Assembly: GCA_034226945.1 (NCBI GenBank)
Contig: CP120454.1
Coordinates: 744,001-808,000, forward strand
DNA length: 64,000 nt
From: Picochlorum sp. SENEW3
Lineage: Eukaryota
Direction of reading: 5' to 3'
Below, in pieces: positions 32,431 to 44,776 of the stretch. The notes beneath the pieces are model-generated. The model saw nothing but the letters and a program-made list of their open reading frames with translations. It did no database searches and had not been told where the DNA came from. Numbering within the stretch: the stretch's first letter is position 1; every line of letters starts with the position of its first letter. Made by a program: the position numbers and the translations under genes.

Positions 32431-32613
32431 CTACTCGTGCTCTTGTAACGAGTCGCGGGAACTACCACCCCGAATCAATCTCGTGTATCCCCAGTATCCG
32501 GTTCCAAGGACCAAACACCCCGTGACTGCCCACGCTATACCAGCAACGGACTTGTAATGCTGCAAAAGCGACTTTTGAGTCGGTTTCCAAGGATCGTATG
32601 ACGGAATGTTCAT
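32431..32613 (-). CDS. Small (60 aa) single-pass membrane protein
   Basis: ATG at 32613 and one TM (VAGIAWAVTGCLVLGTGYWGY). Occupies an otherwise empty gap. Confidence 0.55.
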   Translation of the reverse strand: MNIPSYDPWKPTQKSLLQHYKSVAGIAWAVTGCLVLGTGYWGYTRLIRGGSSRDSLQEHE

Positions 32614-32777
32614 GTACTGAATGTTAATAAAGAAAACCAGGGGCTCTTGTTTTCCGAAAATGCCGAGGAAGACAATCAAGCAGATGTATTTTTATTATTC
32701 GTTACAACAGCATACATTGATCCTTCTTATACATGAATACTAATAATAATGACTATATTTCCCCTCAAATTGCACTA

Positions 32778-34546
32778 CTACATGTATTTGCGTTCAGCGT
32801 CGTCGTCTGAATCTAATGACAACGACGATATCGATGACGGTATGCTTGGGTTTCTCGACAAGGCTGCCAGGTCATTTCCAATGGATCTCGCAAAGGATCT
32901 CACTCTCTTACCAAAGCCCGTCTCACCAGCCATTGCAACTAAGTCCTTATTCGTAGGTACATGCCGAATCCTGCCGCTGTTTGTAAAGCCTGTATTGCCA
33001 AAGATAAAGTCAAAGACATTTAGATACTTGCCAGCAAACACATCCCGGCGCTTTCCATTGTGATCACTGTAGCAGTGGCAAATCGCTGCCGTGGCGATTG
33101 AGAATAATAAAACATCTATGCGGGGAAGATTTTTGCTCTTTGGTACATAGCCCCACTCCACGAGACTCATGGAGAATGATTCCAATGCCCTGGCCAGTGC
33201 ATACACAGCAAGTTCCATCCTTCTGCTCTTCTTCTCAGCCAATAATGCCACGCCAGCTACCCAACATGACGATGCAATAATAGTCCCTGTGCTTTTTCCA
33301 GTAGTCTGAAAGCCTACGCACACGCCTCTCCATGCAAGCGTGCAATATAGACTGAGGAATAGGCTACTGCGCAGACATCCTTTCACAATTTTGGGCCAAA
33401 TCCTGGCTGCATTCCCTTTCTGAAGCAATTTCTGTCTATGAATCAATAAAGCAGGTACAATATATACAGGAATATATACTGGGAGAGCACGGAGATAGGC
33501 TCTTGGAAAAAACGTGAGTGCATGACCTGAGCAGCTCTGCCCAGGATGGACAATGTCACATGGCATCCTGCGTGTTCTTCTGCTACAAACATCTCGAATA
33601 CCCTCCAGAACGAGGGGACTCTTGCCACCATGCGTATTTAAAAATTTAATATACGATCCTGGAAGCGTCGATGGGAGAATAACCCAGCTATACCCCAACT
33701 GCGCTGTTGCAAGGCACATCAACACCACATCCCCATATGCAAACCTGGTTGGGGTGAGAAGCCAATAGATCCACGCCCTCCGTACTTTTGGCCTTTTGAT
33801 TCCAGCAGCAGCAGCAGCATTTCCCCCATTCGTACTCCTTTTCTGAGACACAACACAAGAACCCGCCTCCTGTCCTACCGCAGGATGCTCCTTCATAGAA
33901 TCACTCCGCCGAGCCTCGATGGAATATGTTGTTGCAGGCGGTGGTGCCAATCTTCCAGAGTCATCCTCTTCCAATGGAATATTACCACAACGGACCAGTA
34001 GCATAATACCTCTCAGTACCAAATAAATAGCAAGACTTGTGTGTCTATCATTCGTGCCATCCCGAAAAACACCAGTCAACATCAACGAAGGGCCAGACAA
34101 GAATCCAGAGAGCAGGGCCCTCCACGCCCGTGTCCTCTCTCTTCCAAAAACATAGGCTATTCCCTCGTCCAGCATGACAAAGCTGGCACTAAATGTTCCC
34201 AAGAAGAGTCCATGTGCCGCAGTATCCCTCAAAATCTTCTTGACAGTGGCTTGAAACCCAGACTCGCGACCGTGTCGTATCATCAACCCTCGTCGTTGCC
34301 TTCTTCTCACCGCAACGCTCGACACCAGACGAAGCGCATACGAGGCGACGTGCAACCCCCCGCGAAGCCCCTGAATACATCATCATCTATTTTCAAAAAG
34401 AATTCTCGCATCAAGCATCAATAATAATTCCATGAGCGTACCATACCGACAGAAGCCCCACGAGTCGCTGCATGGGATACGCGCGTAAGCACCCTATGAT
34501 ACTCTCGCTCATTCTCCCCATCAGTACCCTCTTCAGTATCTACCAT
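32778..34546 (-). CDS. TMEM135 family membrane protein; one 5' intron
   Basis: Spliced VGM|GLRGGL, YIKFLNTHGGK, PCDIVHPGQSC, and EKKSRRMELAVY. Confidence 0.85.
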
Positions 34547-34924
34547 GGTTTCAAATACTGTTTATTGCAGTTGTGTGTCACAATCAGATCACATCGAATG
34601 CGTTCAGAACGACAACCAGATCTCCGTAATAAAAACTTTAAAATAGACGCGCCAGTTTTTTCAAAATACCGCATCGCTTGGTTCTTGGATGCATCCAACC
34701 AGTCGCCTAGACATATGAATATAAAATTTACTTTTACGTACTCTACCAAGATAGAGTATGGGATACTAGCAAAAATATCGTGACGACCTTGCAATCGGTC
34801 TCAACGACAATTCAACAACGGTCCGTATCACTCTCAGATGCAGCGACGACATCAATCACTCGTCTTTTTTATCATTTGAATTATTTATATTGGATTGTTT
34901 TATGCAGTCGGTGTCAGATATAGC

Positions 34925-37900
34925 ATGGAACGGATGAATTCACGGTTGGGAGCCCGGGAGGCCGGCAAGGACCAGGGGTGGAGTCCAAATGGTGTAGAGA
35001 CTGGGTGGTCCGATAATGATCCAGTGATGATGGCATGGTTGGAGACTCAGGAGAATGCATCTCCTCTGCGTCGCGGGGGAGAGGAGAATATGCACGTATT
35101 GGCAAATCAGGGGACACCAAAGGGTTCCTGGCGAGGTGCTTTGGCAGGCTCTGTGTCGACTCCTGGAAGTGCGGCAACGACTAGGAGTGGTTTGTCCTGC
35201 GTCGTGTATGATAAAGATAACGCCATTGAGGCGATTCAACTCCTGTTTGAAGGAATATATGGTGATTCTGCCGACAATGGGCTGAGTCACACTGAAGCGC
35301 GAGGGATTGTAAAGATGCTCAAGAAGTATATCGAGTATGCCGACGTGCAGCGACAGGGGATGGTGGAGAGGGAGGCGACATTGAGCACTGAACTCTCTCA
35401 GAAACAGCAAGAGGTGGCCTCCATGAAGAGAGGGTTTGAGGATGGGCGGGAGGAGAATAAGGCTTTGAAGAGGAATATCAAGCGGCTGATGGAGCAAGAA
35501 GAAGAGATGAAAATCGAAATGAGAAATTTAAGGAGTGCGTTGGAATTTGCCAAACAGAAGGAGGATGCTGCCCTGGAGGCGTGCAGGAAGGCTGGTGAGC
35601 AAGTGGAGGAGGTGAAGAGAACCGCTGCTATGAAGATTGATGGAGCTCACAAAAGACTCCAAGAGCTCGAGGTCCAGATGCATCTAGCAGGGTGTCCATC
35701 GTCTCATAATGCAAAGGTTGAGGAGGATGTTCATGATGATGCCATGTCGGATGAAACACTGCATGAAGCATCGAGAGTCGTGAATGAGCGCCGCCAAGCA
35801 AGCATGGTGGCCTTTTCCCGCAGCGAAAAGGAACAAATTGCTGCTCCACCTGTACGTGAAACTGGTGCAAATTATGATAAATTATACAGGTCAGAAATGG
35901 CAGTGCTGCAGCGTAAGATGGACAAGTCCAATACACTGTTGAATAAAACAACCATTGCTGCACAAAAGATCCAAGAAAAGCTGTCCCAAGAACGAAGCAA
36001 GGTTGCTGCCTTGCAAGAGGAGAAGAGCCAGCTACAAGCACACTTGCTCAAGTTGCAGCAAAAGCCCCAGGGTATGGATCACAAAGAGGCTGGTCGTTTG
36101 ATTCACAACCTTGCAGCTGCTCGCTCAAAGGTGGAGCGGCTGAATGAAGATCGACAAGTTCTTAGCCAGAAATTGGCCTCACTCCAGAGTGAGATGAGCC
36201 ATACGTCTGAAGAACAGCGGCAGGCTCTTGTCAGAGCAGAGGACAATGCCAAACAGGCAGTGCTTCAGGAACAAGCAAAATGCGAGTCTTTGCAGGCTGA
36301 GGTGTCTAGCCTACTTGAGAAGCTTGGTGAGGCTAACAATGCACTCAATGATCTCCATACAACAAGGCAGTCATTGGAGGAATCCCAAAATCGGTGTGCT
36401 GAACTTGCTGGTGCACTCGAAGAAGAGCAACAGTCATCGTATGAGAGGGCCATGGAGGTGGACAGGCTTGCCAAGGCTGCGCAGGCGTGTGCCAATGAGC
36501 TCATGGAGATTAGGGAAAAGCTCCATGTCGAGAAACTCAGAGCTCAGCGCCTGGAAAACGAGAATGCAGGGCTGCAAGGACGATTAGATGCTTTCTCAGA
36601 AGCCTTGTCTGCACAAGAACACAGTTCAGAAGTGCTAGAATCCCTTGTAGAGGGTCGAGCACTGGTTCAATCCCGCCTGAAGCAAGCCGAGTCAGAAAGA
36701 GGCGAGCTCAAGGAACAGAACGTTAGCCTGGAAAGCAAGATTGCCAGCATGGAGGGTTACATCCAAGAACTTGAGGAGATGTTGGATTCGTTGCATGAAG
36801 ATTTGGCGAAATCTGAGGCGGCAAAATCAAAGATCGAAGCAGATTTGCAAAGCAATCATGTCGAACTACAGACATCGTGCAGAAGAAATGGTGAATTGGA
36901 GGGTCTCCTGGAGAGTTCCAAGAAGAGATGTGAGGAGGCAGAGGAGGCAATTCAAGCTCTGAAGAAGCAATTGGATGATAAAACCAATGCTCTAGATCAA
37001 GTTCATAATGATGTACTCGCGTTAAAGAAAGAACTGTTCGATTCAGAGCAGAAACTCGTGATAGTTTCCAATGAAAAATGTGCATTAGCAAAAGAAAATG
37101 ACAATCTGCAAACTCATATGGATGAATTGAGGCGGGCAATGACACGATTCGAGCAGACTGTGGAAGAAAGCAAAACTAAAAATCTGAATCTTGAAAGCAG
37201 TCTCAGAGCAGCAGAAGCACAGTGTGATGCTTTGAGGAGCGCACATTCAGAAGCACAGAAGGATTCCTTGTGCATGGTTGACAGCATGTGTGAGATGACA
37301 AGCTTGGTTGATGCTGTCACTTCTTTGCAGGCAAGAGTACACGATCTTCAATCTCAGTTGACAGTTTCTCAAGGGCAAGTCTCAAAGCTTGAAGATGAGA
37401 AGAAGGCTTTGGTGAAGGAAGTTGAAGTGTGCGAAAGCCACCTAGCAAAGTCCCAAGAGACCATGGCAGACTTGCGCAGTATAAGTGAAGAAGATAAAGC
37501 CAAATACATGCAATCAGTGCGGCAACTCGATGCACTATCATTGCAACTAGAGACTACAAATAAAGAGCTGGAGCATGTGGCTGCAGAGAATTGCGAAAAG
37601 CAATCTCAAATTGTAGAACTGTTGGCAGTTGATGCATCAAATACTGAGGAGATTAAAGGTCTAAAGAAGCGTATGAAAGAGCTGAAAAAGTCTTTATCGG
37701 CATCTAAGGATCAAATACAGTCTCTGGAATCCGAAGTGGATGCAAAGACAAGCACTTGCAATGAGCTTTTGGAGGTCAAGGCAGAGTTAGAGGCATCTCT
37801 AAAAACCACAAAAGATTCTCTTGAAAGTTCAGAGAGTAAACTTGCTGCGGCAGTGAATCGAATTGAGAAATTAGAGGTATGTGATGTGTTAAGTAGGAAC

Positions 37901-40287
37901 TTAATGAATGAGGACTCATGCAGCAAATTTAATTGCAGGAAGCAACAAAACATATCAATGCTCTGGCAACAGAGTTTGAAAAGCTGAGGAAAAAACACGC
38001 AAATCTGCTCAAAGAGCAAGCTCAGGACAGAGAGATGTATGATAAACTGTCCTCCAAATATGACGAAGCTGTACAGAGGATCGAGAAGGACTCTCTTACT
38101 CTTGAGGGCAAAGATGCTCATATTCAGGAACTGCTGGCAAATATTGATAAAAGTCACCGTGATATCGAAAATCTGAAAACACTTGCCGATGAATTACAAG
38201 ATGAAGTCTCTCGTTTGTCTGTTTTAGAGCCACAAATTGAATTATTGAAGGAGCACATCGCAGAGGGTGGTTCGTGGTGCGAAGCCGCAGCATCAACTTT
38301 GACTGCAAGGGCTAATGAGCTTCAATCTGCACTTTCCGAGGCTGGGGAAGCTAGAAGGAATGCAATGTCGCTTTCAGAGCAACTCTCTGCAGCTCAGGAG
38401 AGAGCTGCAGTCGCAGAAGCATCGCTGAAAAATTTTGAAGAAACCTTCACGCACTCAGAAATGGAGAAAGATGCTGCCTTGCAGGCGCTTGATACCATGA
38501 AACACGAAATTTTCGTCCTTTCTTCCCAGCATAAGGAAATGATGGATGTTGCAGAAGCTGTGAAGGAATCTGAGCAAGAGACTGCGACCAAATACGCAGA
38601 AGCTTGTTCGCAGATTTCAAACCTGCAGGCATCAATGGAGACTATGAGGGATGAAATTCAAGCACATCGGTTGAAGAACACTGAAATGGGTATCAAAGTC
38701 GAGCATCTCGAGCATGCAAAAGACCTTCAAGATGAGGAAATCGTAGCACTTAAAACATCTGCAGATACGCTGACGAAAACATTGGAAGCTAAGGAATCAG
38801 AGCTCCGAGAATATGAAAAGGAGCTCCACAAGATGCAAAACATTTGCAGCCAACTAGAAACTTCGTTGCAGGAAACTTCGCTTAATTTGATTGATAGAGA
38901 ATCTGAAGTCGAATCGTTGAAAGTGGAATTGAACGACAATAAAGCAGCCATTGCCACGGAAAAGAAGGCATCAGAAATTCTCAAAGATCAATGTGGCAGC
39001 TTAGAAAAGGAAATCAGTTTCCTCCAGAGCTCGCTTCTAAACGACTCTGTCACATCAGGGCAGCTAGAAGAGGTCGTCAAGTACGTCGGTGAAGAGAGAT
39101 CGCAGCTGCGCGCTGACATGGCTGCTCTGAATAAACTTGTTGATGGCCTGAGGGATGAACTGAACATCTCCCGGGCAGATGTCCGGAGTTCACAGTCGGC
39201 TCGGGATGAGGCAGAGAAGAAGATTACGAATGCACTTGAAGAAAATAAAATGCTGATGGATAGAATATCTTGTCTAGAGAAGGATCTTGCAGTTTTGGAG
39301 GTGGTCAAAGACCAGCTCGAGAGGGAGATTGTTGTTGAGAGAGACGAGGCGACCAGATCAAAATTATACTGCAAGGAGGCAGAGCGCGAAGTGGCCAAAC
39401 TAAAAGTTGACTACGAAATCTTCAATCAAGCAATTGAAGGGCGTCTTTCGGCTTTTGAGCCTATTTTGGAAGGAATTGAGAAATCTCTGAGTGAGTACAC
39501 TGTTGTTGAGAATGCTGAGCAAGAACCTCTTATTAATGTTTCAGGCATTGCTGACCAAGGTGATAGGGTACTGAAATCCTTGCAAAGAATTGATCGATGT
39601 GTGTCGAGCGTGATTGGAAGTCTCGATGACCATATCAAGCAGGAGGCTAGTCACCAAGAAGCAGTCAAATCATGGGCAGCACAGCAAAGAGCTTTCAAAC
39701 TTGTAACCAGGCTTGCACTTGCTCTTGCTGCAGATCACATATCAGGAACAGATGAGGCAACTTTGCTGTACAATAAGTTAAAAGTAGATGTGAGATTTGA
39801 GTCAGTGTTGCAGGCATCTGGATTGGCTAGTGTTTGGGAATCTCTCACAAGATTAGTGGAGTCTCAATCAGGAATGAAAACGGCCAAGAAAATTGACGAC
39901 TTGATGTCAGAGTTGGACAAGGCCACAAAATCGCTCGAGAAATTCAAGAAATCATTCTCCGAGGAGCAGAAATTGTCTTCACGGTTAGAATCTGCTCTGA
40001 AAGATGCCTGCAAAACTGTGTCTTGTATATCTAAATCAATTGGAGAAGCCTCAGGGGACACCATGAGAGAGACACCATTCATTGATGGTAGTAGCCCGAT
40101 TGAAGAGCTCAATGTGTCGATTGATCTATTGAAAACCTCTGTCAATATCATGATTCGCCGCTATAGGTCAATGGCAAGAAGCGTTCGATCGGTGAAATCT
40201 ATAAAGGACGATGGAGGCCCATCACCAAAGGTCAAACGTAATCTTTCCAACACTAGTGGTGAGAGAATTCCAGCAGTAAAGATTTAA
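34925..40287 (+). CDS. Very long coiled-coil protein (about 1770 aa); intron 37877-37938
   Basis: Continuous E/K/L/Q/A-rich heptad pattern. A GT-AG intron joins the two ORFs in frame. No globular motif recognised. Confidence 0.8.
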
Positions 40288-40311
40288 ACACATATATTGC
40301 ATGTAATGTAG

Positions 40312-41928
40312 TTACGTAATACGAACATCACCATCTATTTCATCACCTCGTCCGATAATTTTCAGACTCTCATTTGAATGTCCAAAAAGAAACTTCTTAG
40401 ACAGGTGGCTGCAACCCCAAACGTATAGGGTCCTCAACACTGTGCACGAATCACACAAATATCCCAGAGCTTCCTCAGATATGAGTCGACACCAGCTTAC
40501 GTCCAATGACTCGAGGCTTTTCTTTCGGTACGCGACCAGAGCGTCGATAGCTGCACCAGTGAGGTGCTTCACGCCATTGAGGTTTAACTTTTGAATCTCA
40601 CAATGTTGGGCAAGTTGGGCAACCGCATCATCATGGACCAAGGCACACCGTTTCAACGAGACCGACACAAGGTTGGGACAATTCTTTCCCATTTCAATCA
40701 CACCTTTCGAAGAAATAGTACAATGGTCCAACACAATAGTATCCAACTTTGGGTGGTGCCGCGAAATGCGCTCGAGGCCAACATCAGAAAGTCCAGTACA
40801 ATGGGCTACGGAGAGGCGTTTCAATCGTTTCAATCCATCTAGCGCGCCACTTATCACCAGATCATCATTGAAATCTATAATGCCATCTAACGAAATCGAT
40901 TCCAACTGATCCAAACGCTTGCATGCAGACGAAAGGCAATTCCTTGGGATACCACAGCACCATGATATGTCTAACGAGTGTATCTTCGGAGCTACCTCTG
41001 GCAGCATCTCGACAACTCTGCCTTCTATTCTTGAACACTTTGGAATTCCAAAAATCTGCAACTCGTGTGCCTTCTCGAGAAGCATAAGACACCCTGTATC
41101 TGTCAACCTATAAGCTCCTCCCAAAACAAGATGGGTTAGCCTTGACAGGTTTGCCTCCTCTGTCAAAGATTTCGCAACTGCATCCGTCATACCTCGACCA
41201 CATAATCCCATATGAATTGTTTCTAAAGATGGAGACTCAAATGCTTGCAACAGACCCTCCAAAAGAACGTCCTCTTCAATTCCCGAGCAATCAGGCACAG
41301 ACAGCCATGAATTGACATGTTTTGTAAACAGCCTAAATGCATCGGGCGACATGCATCGACGCTTGCAGACCTCATCAGCCAATTGAGACCTAACATCGTC
41401 AGGTATCCCCCATAATGACTCAACATACTCAATTAGTCGGGTCACGAGACCCAGACTAACATCCTTGAGTTTCTCTACACAATCTCCATGACGAGGCCCT
41501 GACAACGGATCCCTCGACGGCTTCCATCCTTCATGTGCATAGGTACTTTTCTTCTTATTATCTCGACCAGAGTTCATTATTTTTTCTTCCCTCTTTGCTT
41601 TTGCTTCAGAACGAGCATCCGCCAACTGAACTGCAGTTGACCAAGGCCCCAGACTCCGTGCATGCTCCCCACCAACATGCACATCATTTTCCATATTTCC
41701 TCCGTCACCCTCTCCGCCAGTGTCAAATGTGGCAAAGTGAGCAGCTCTCCTCCGCGCCACCTCCGCCATACTGTCCTTCATTCGCTGCCGACGATCCTGA
41801 AGCTCTGCAGCTATTTGCTGGCCCTCATCATCATGTCTACGCTTCGTCCTCCCACCATTCCCATTCCCTGGACCAGTCGAAGGTCCTGGGATATCTTCCC
41901 CTTCTTCTTCTCTGATGTGCTGTCCCAT
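40312..41928 (-). CDS. RAD7-like leucine-rich-repeat (AMN1/RNI-type) DNA repair protein
   Basis: ARRRAAHFA, GPWSTA, LCGRGMTD, GAYRLTD, and LDVSWCR..LYVWGC. Confidence 0.78.
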   Translation of the reverse strand: MGQHIREEEGEDIPGPSTGPGNGNGGRTKRRHDDEGQQIAAELQDRRQRMKDSMAEVARRRAAHFATFDTGGEGDGGNMENDVHVGGEHARSLGPWSTAVQLADARSEAKAKREEKIMNSGRDNKKKSTYAHEGWKPSRDPLSGPRHGDCVEKLKDVSLGLVTRLIEYVESLWGIPDDVRSQLADEVCKRRCMSPDAFRLFTKHVNSWLSVPDCSGIEEDVLLEGLLQAFESPSLETIHMGLCGRGMTDAVAKSLTEEANLSRLTHLVLGGAYRLTDTGCLMLLEKAHELQIFGIPKCSRIEGRVVEMLPEVAPKIHSLDISWCCGIPRNCLSSACKRLDQLESISLDGIIDFNDDLVISGALDGLKRLKRLSVAHCTGLSDVGLERISRHHPKLDTIVLDHCTISSKGVIEMGKNCPNLVSVSLKRCALVHDDAVAQLAQHCEIQKLNLNGVKHLTGAAIDALVAYRKKSLESLDVSWCRLISEEALGYLCDSCTVLRTLYVWGCSHLSKKFLFGHSNESLKIIGRGDEIDGDVRIT

Positions 41929-42220
41929 GCCTATGGCCAAGTGACATAAAAAGAGTCCTGAGAGGACGTGGGTGGGTATGCGCCCAAATCACTCAAGATT
42001 GACAGCAAATCAAGTGCTACACACTGCAACCCTCTCCGTTTCCATTAAAAACTATGAAGAAGAACAATTCGACGCATGGTATCACCAGCATGTGGTCCAT
42101 GTTTTTCGAAACCTTCCGTATTTAAGTTCATCTTAAATTCGGACTTTCTTTTTGACGTATCACCCCAGCAAGACGTGGTGATCCTGCGTCTCGAAGACTG
42201 AAGTATCAAATTTGTCAAAA

Positions 42221-43693
42221 ATGGATCTGGAAAGGGTTTTTGTATACCTCTGTGGCATTCTTGCCATTTCTTGGGCAGGAGGGGTGCAGGCATTGTATGA
42301 TCCCTCTGGACCTGTGACCGATCTGACTCCGACGACGTTTGATTCAAAGATCAAACAGGGTGTCTGGATGGTTGAATTTTATGCCCCTTGGTACGATGCC
42401 TGGTAACTCTGTTTGATAATGTGACTGCGTGCGGGAATTCTCAAGACGCATTTGTGTGTCTCCACAGGTGTGGTCACTGTCAGCAGCTCAAGCCTGAATA
42501 CGTTAAATTGGCCAAGGCACTTTCCGGAGTTGTCAAGGTGGGCGCTGTAAACGCTGATGAGCATGGCGAGCTTGCTCAGCGATACCAAATTAAAGGGTTC
42601 CCGACGATCAAGCTCATGTACAGTGATGCATCTGGAAAGATCAAGGCAGTTGACTACACTGGAGGTAGGACAGCATCTGATATGGCATCTTGGGCTATGA
42701 GTCAGGCCAATAAAATTGTTTTGGGACGTTTGGGACAAAAGAGTTCTTCATCCTCTTCTCGATCGGGAGGTAGTACGAGCGGATTTTATGCCGGAAGTGA
42801 TGTGATTGATTTGACAGACTCAAACTTCCATTCTCTTGTCACAAAGGGGCATGACATGTGGTTTGTTGAATTCTACGCCCCGTGGTGTGGACATTGCAAA
42901 AATCTCAAGCCACATTGGGTTGGATTGGCAGGGTCTGTCAGAGGGAAAATAAAGGTTGGTGCAGTGGACTGTACGCAGCATCAGCAAACATGTTCAGAGT
43001 ATGGTGTGCAAGGATTCCCTACCATCAAGTTCTTTGGATCGAACAAGGATCGCCCAGAGGATTATAATGGTCCACGTGAGGAAGGTGATTTGGTGAATTT
43101 TGCCAATGATAAATGGTCTAGAAATCAGCCTCCTCCAGAGGTTCGTGAGCTGACTGATGCCAATGTGTGGGTGGATCATTGCCTGGGTGATGGCCAGGAC
43201 GCTGCGCCGAAGCAGATTTGTCTCGTAGCGTTCCTTCCGCATATTTTAGATTCTAAAGCAGATGGAAGGAATAGATATATTTCAATGTTGAAGGAGATTT
43301 CCCTTTCATACAAGGAGCGACCATTTTCATGGTTCTGGGTGCAGGGAGCAGCCCAGAGCAACCTTGAAGAGGCCCTCGGTGTCGGGTACGTTGTCATACC
43401 ATTGCATTACGTTTTGAATACGATTTTGAGTGGCATTATTTGTTCATTACAGGGGATACGGATATCCAGCATTTGTTGCATTAAACCCAACAAAGGAAAA
43501 GTATGCATCACTGAAGAGTGGGTTTGAGAAGGAGCATGTCAAAGAGTTTATGGACAATGTGCGAAGAGGACAGGAGCCAGTAGTGTCAACATCGGGTGAT
43601 ATTAAAGAAATAAAGACGATTGACGCATGGAATGGGCAAGATGAGGAAGAGATCATGGAGGAAGAGTTTAGCCTTGAGGATCTTGGCTTGTGA
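42221..43693 (+). CDS. Protein disulfide isomerase, P5/PDIA6 type; introns 42391-42467 and 43386-43452
   Basis: Signal peptide, two WCGHC thioredoxin domains, ICLVAFLPHILD, GGYGYPA, and EEFSLEDL. Confidence 0.93.
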
Positions 43694-43811
43694 TTGCGCC
43701 TTGCGTGCTGCATATCATTGTTCTTGCATCTTGTAAATTCAATTTACAGACTAACATAATATAATAAGGCGCCAAAAGTCCTGAGGAGTTTGACTGACAA
43801 CTATGAAGCAT

Positions 43812-44509
43812 TTAGAAAAGGCCCTTCTTCTTCTTTGGAGCAGCCTTTCTTCCAGCAGCGGTCTTTGGCACATCTCCGCTTCCACCGTAGAATGGGGTAT
43901 CTTTCAAGGAAGTCTCATATCCAGCAAACCCACGGGAGTCCTTGGCAGACGCTTCGGCCATGAACTCAGAGAATCCTGGATCGATGGCATTCAATGCAAA
44001 GTATCCTCCAACAACTGCGGCAACTGATACTGGGAGAGCAAGCACCTTGATATCAAAGGCATCCGGGTCACCGGCATTCTGGTTTTTGCGTGGCGCCTTT
44101 GTTGCAGAGGATGAAGTCTTCGCAGCAGGGGCTGGTTCAGTACCCTTGACAAAGTTCTTCACTTGTGGTTGCTGAAGGATGACTTTGGCCTCTGCGGCTG
44201 GAGCAGATACCAAAAGCGTGGCGGCAGCAAATCCAGAAAGGAGAGTTTTAGTGACGGTAATCGCGGCGTTTTCCTCTGCAAATGCACCAGACGACATAAC
44301 AACTTGTGGATATGGGCTCATCTCAGTGAGGCGCAATGCGCCACAATGCTCGCGCGATCAACCCTGATCGGCGACAAACATATAAAAAATCAGATTGAAA
44401 ATAGCATATACGCACTTTGGGCGGAAGCAACCACGGATACTCGTCCGCGCTGTGGTCCAGCAACCCTCTGTGGGGCAGCAACAAAGGACTTTTGGATAGT
44501 AAGCTGCAT
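43812..44509 (-). CDS. Small plastid/thylakoid single-pass protein; intron 44276-44415
   Basis: Transit peptide MQLTIQKSFVAAPQR..VSVVASAQ, AEA lumenal cleavage motif, and one TM. Confidence 0.7.
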
Positions 44510-44776
44510 TTTAACGATGATCCCGAAAATTACAGTAATAAGACTATATAATTGTTGATTGGCGGGCAAGATGGCCTGAATCATGCTTGTACGTGGTTCT
44601 TGCGATGTTGGTTTCGATGCGTCGTCGCCAGCGAAAGATGCTCATATCCACCGTCAGGCAGTGTCTTTGACTGGGCCGTATGACTGGCTCTCTCACCCAT
44701 CTTGGTGCTCTCAGTATGGCTTGTTCATATCCCATCGCCGGATCGATCAGAGGCTTTCCAGTGGCCATACAGTGGA

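Noticed and set aside
31097..41928. ELOC and RAD7-like (known complex partners) as a functional gene cluster
   Set aside because: About 9 kb apart with unrelated genes between, so chance in a dense genome is sufficient
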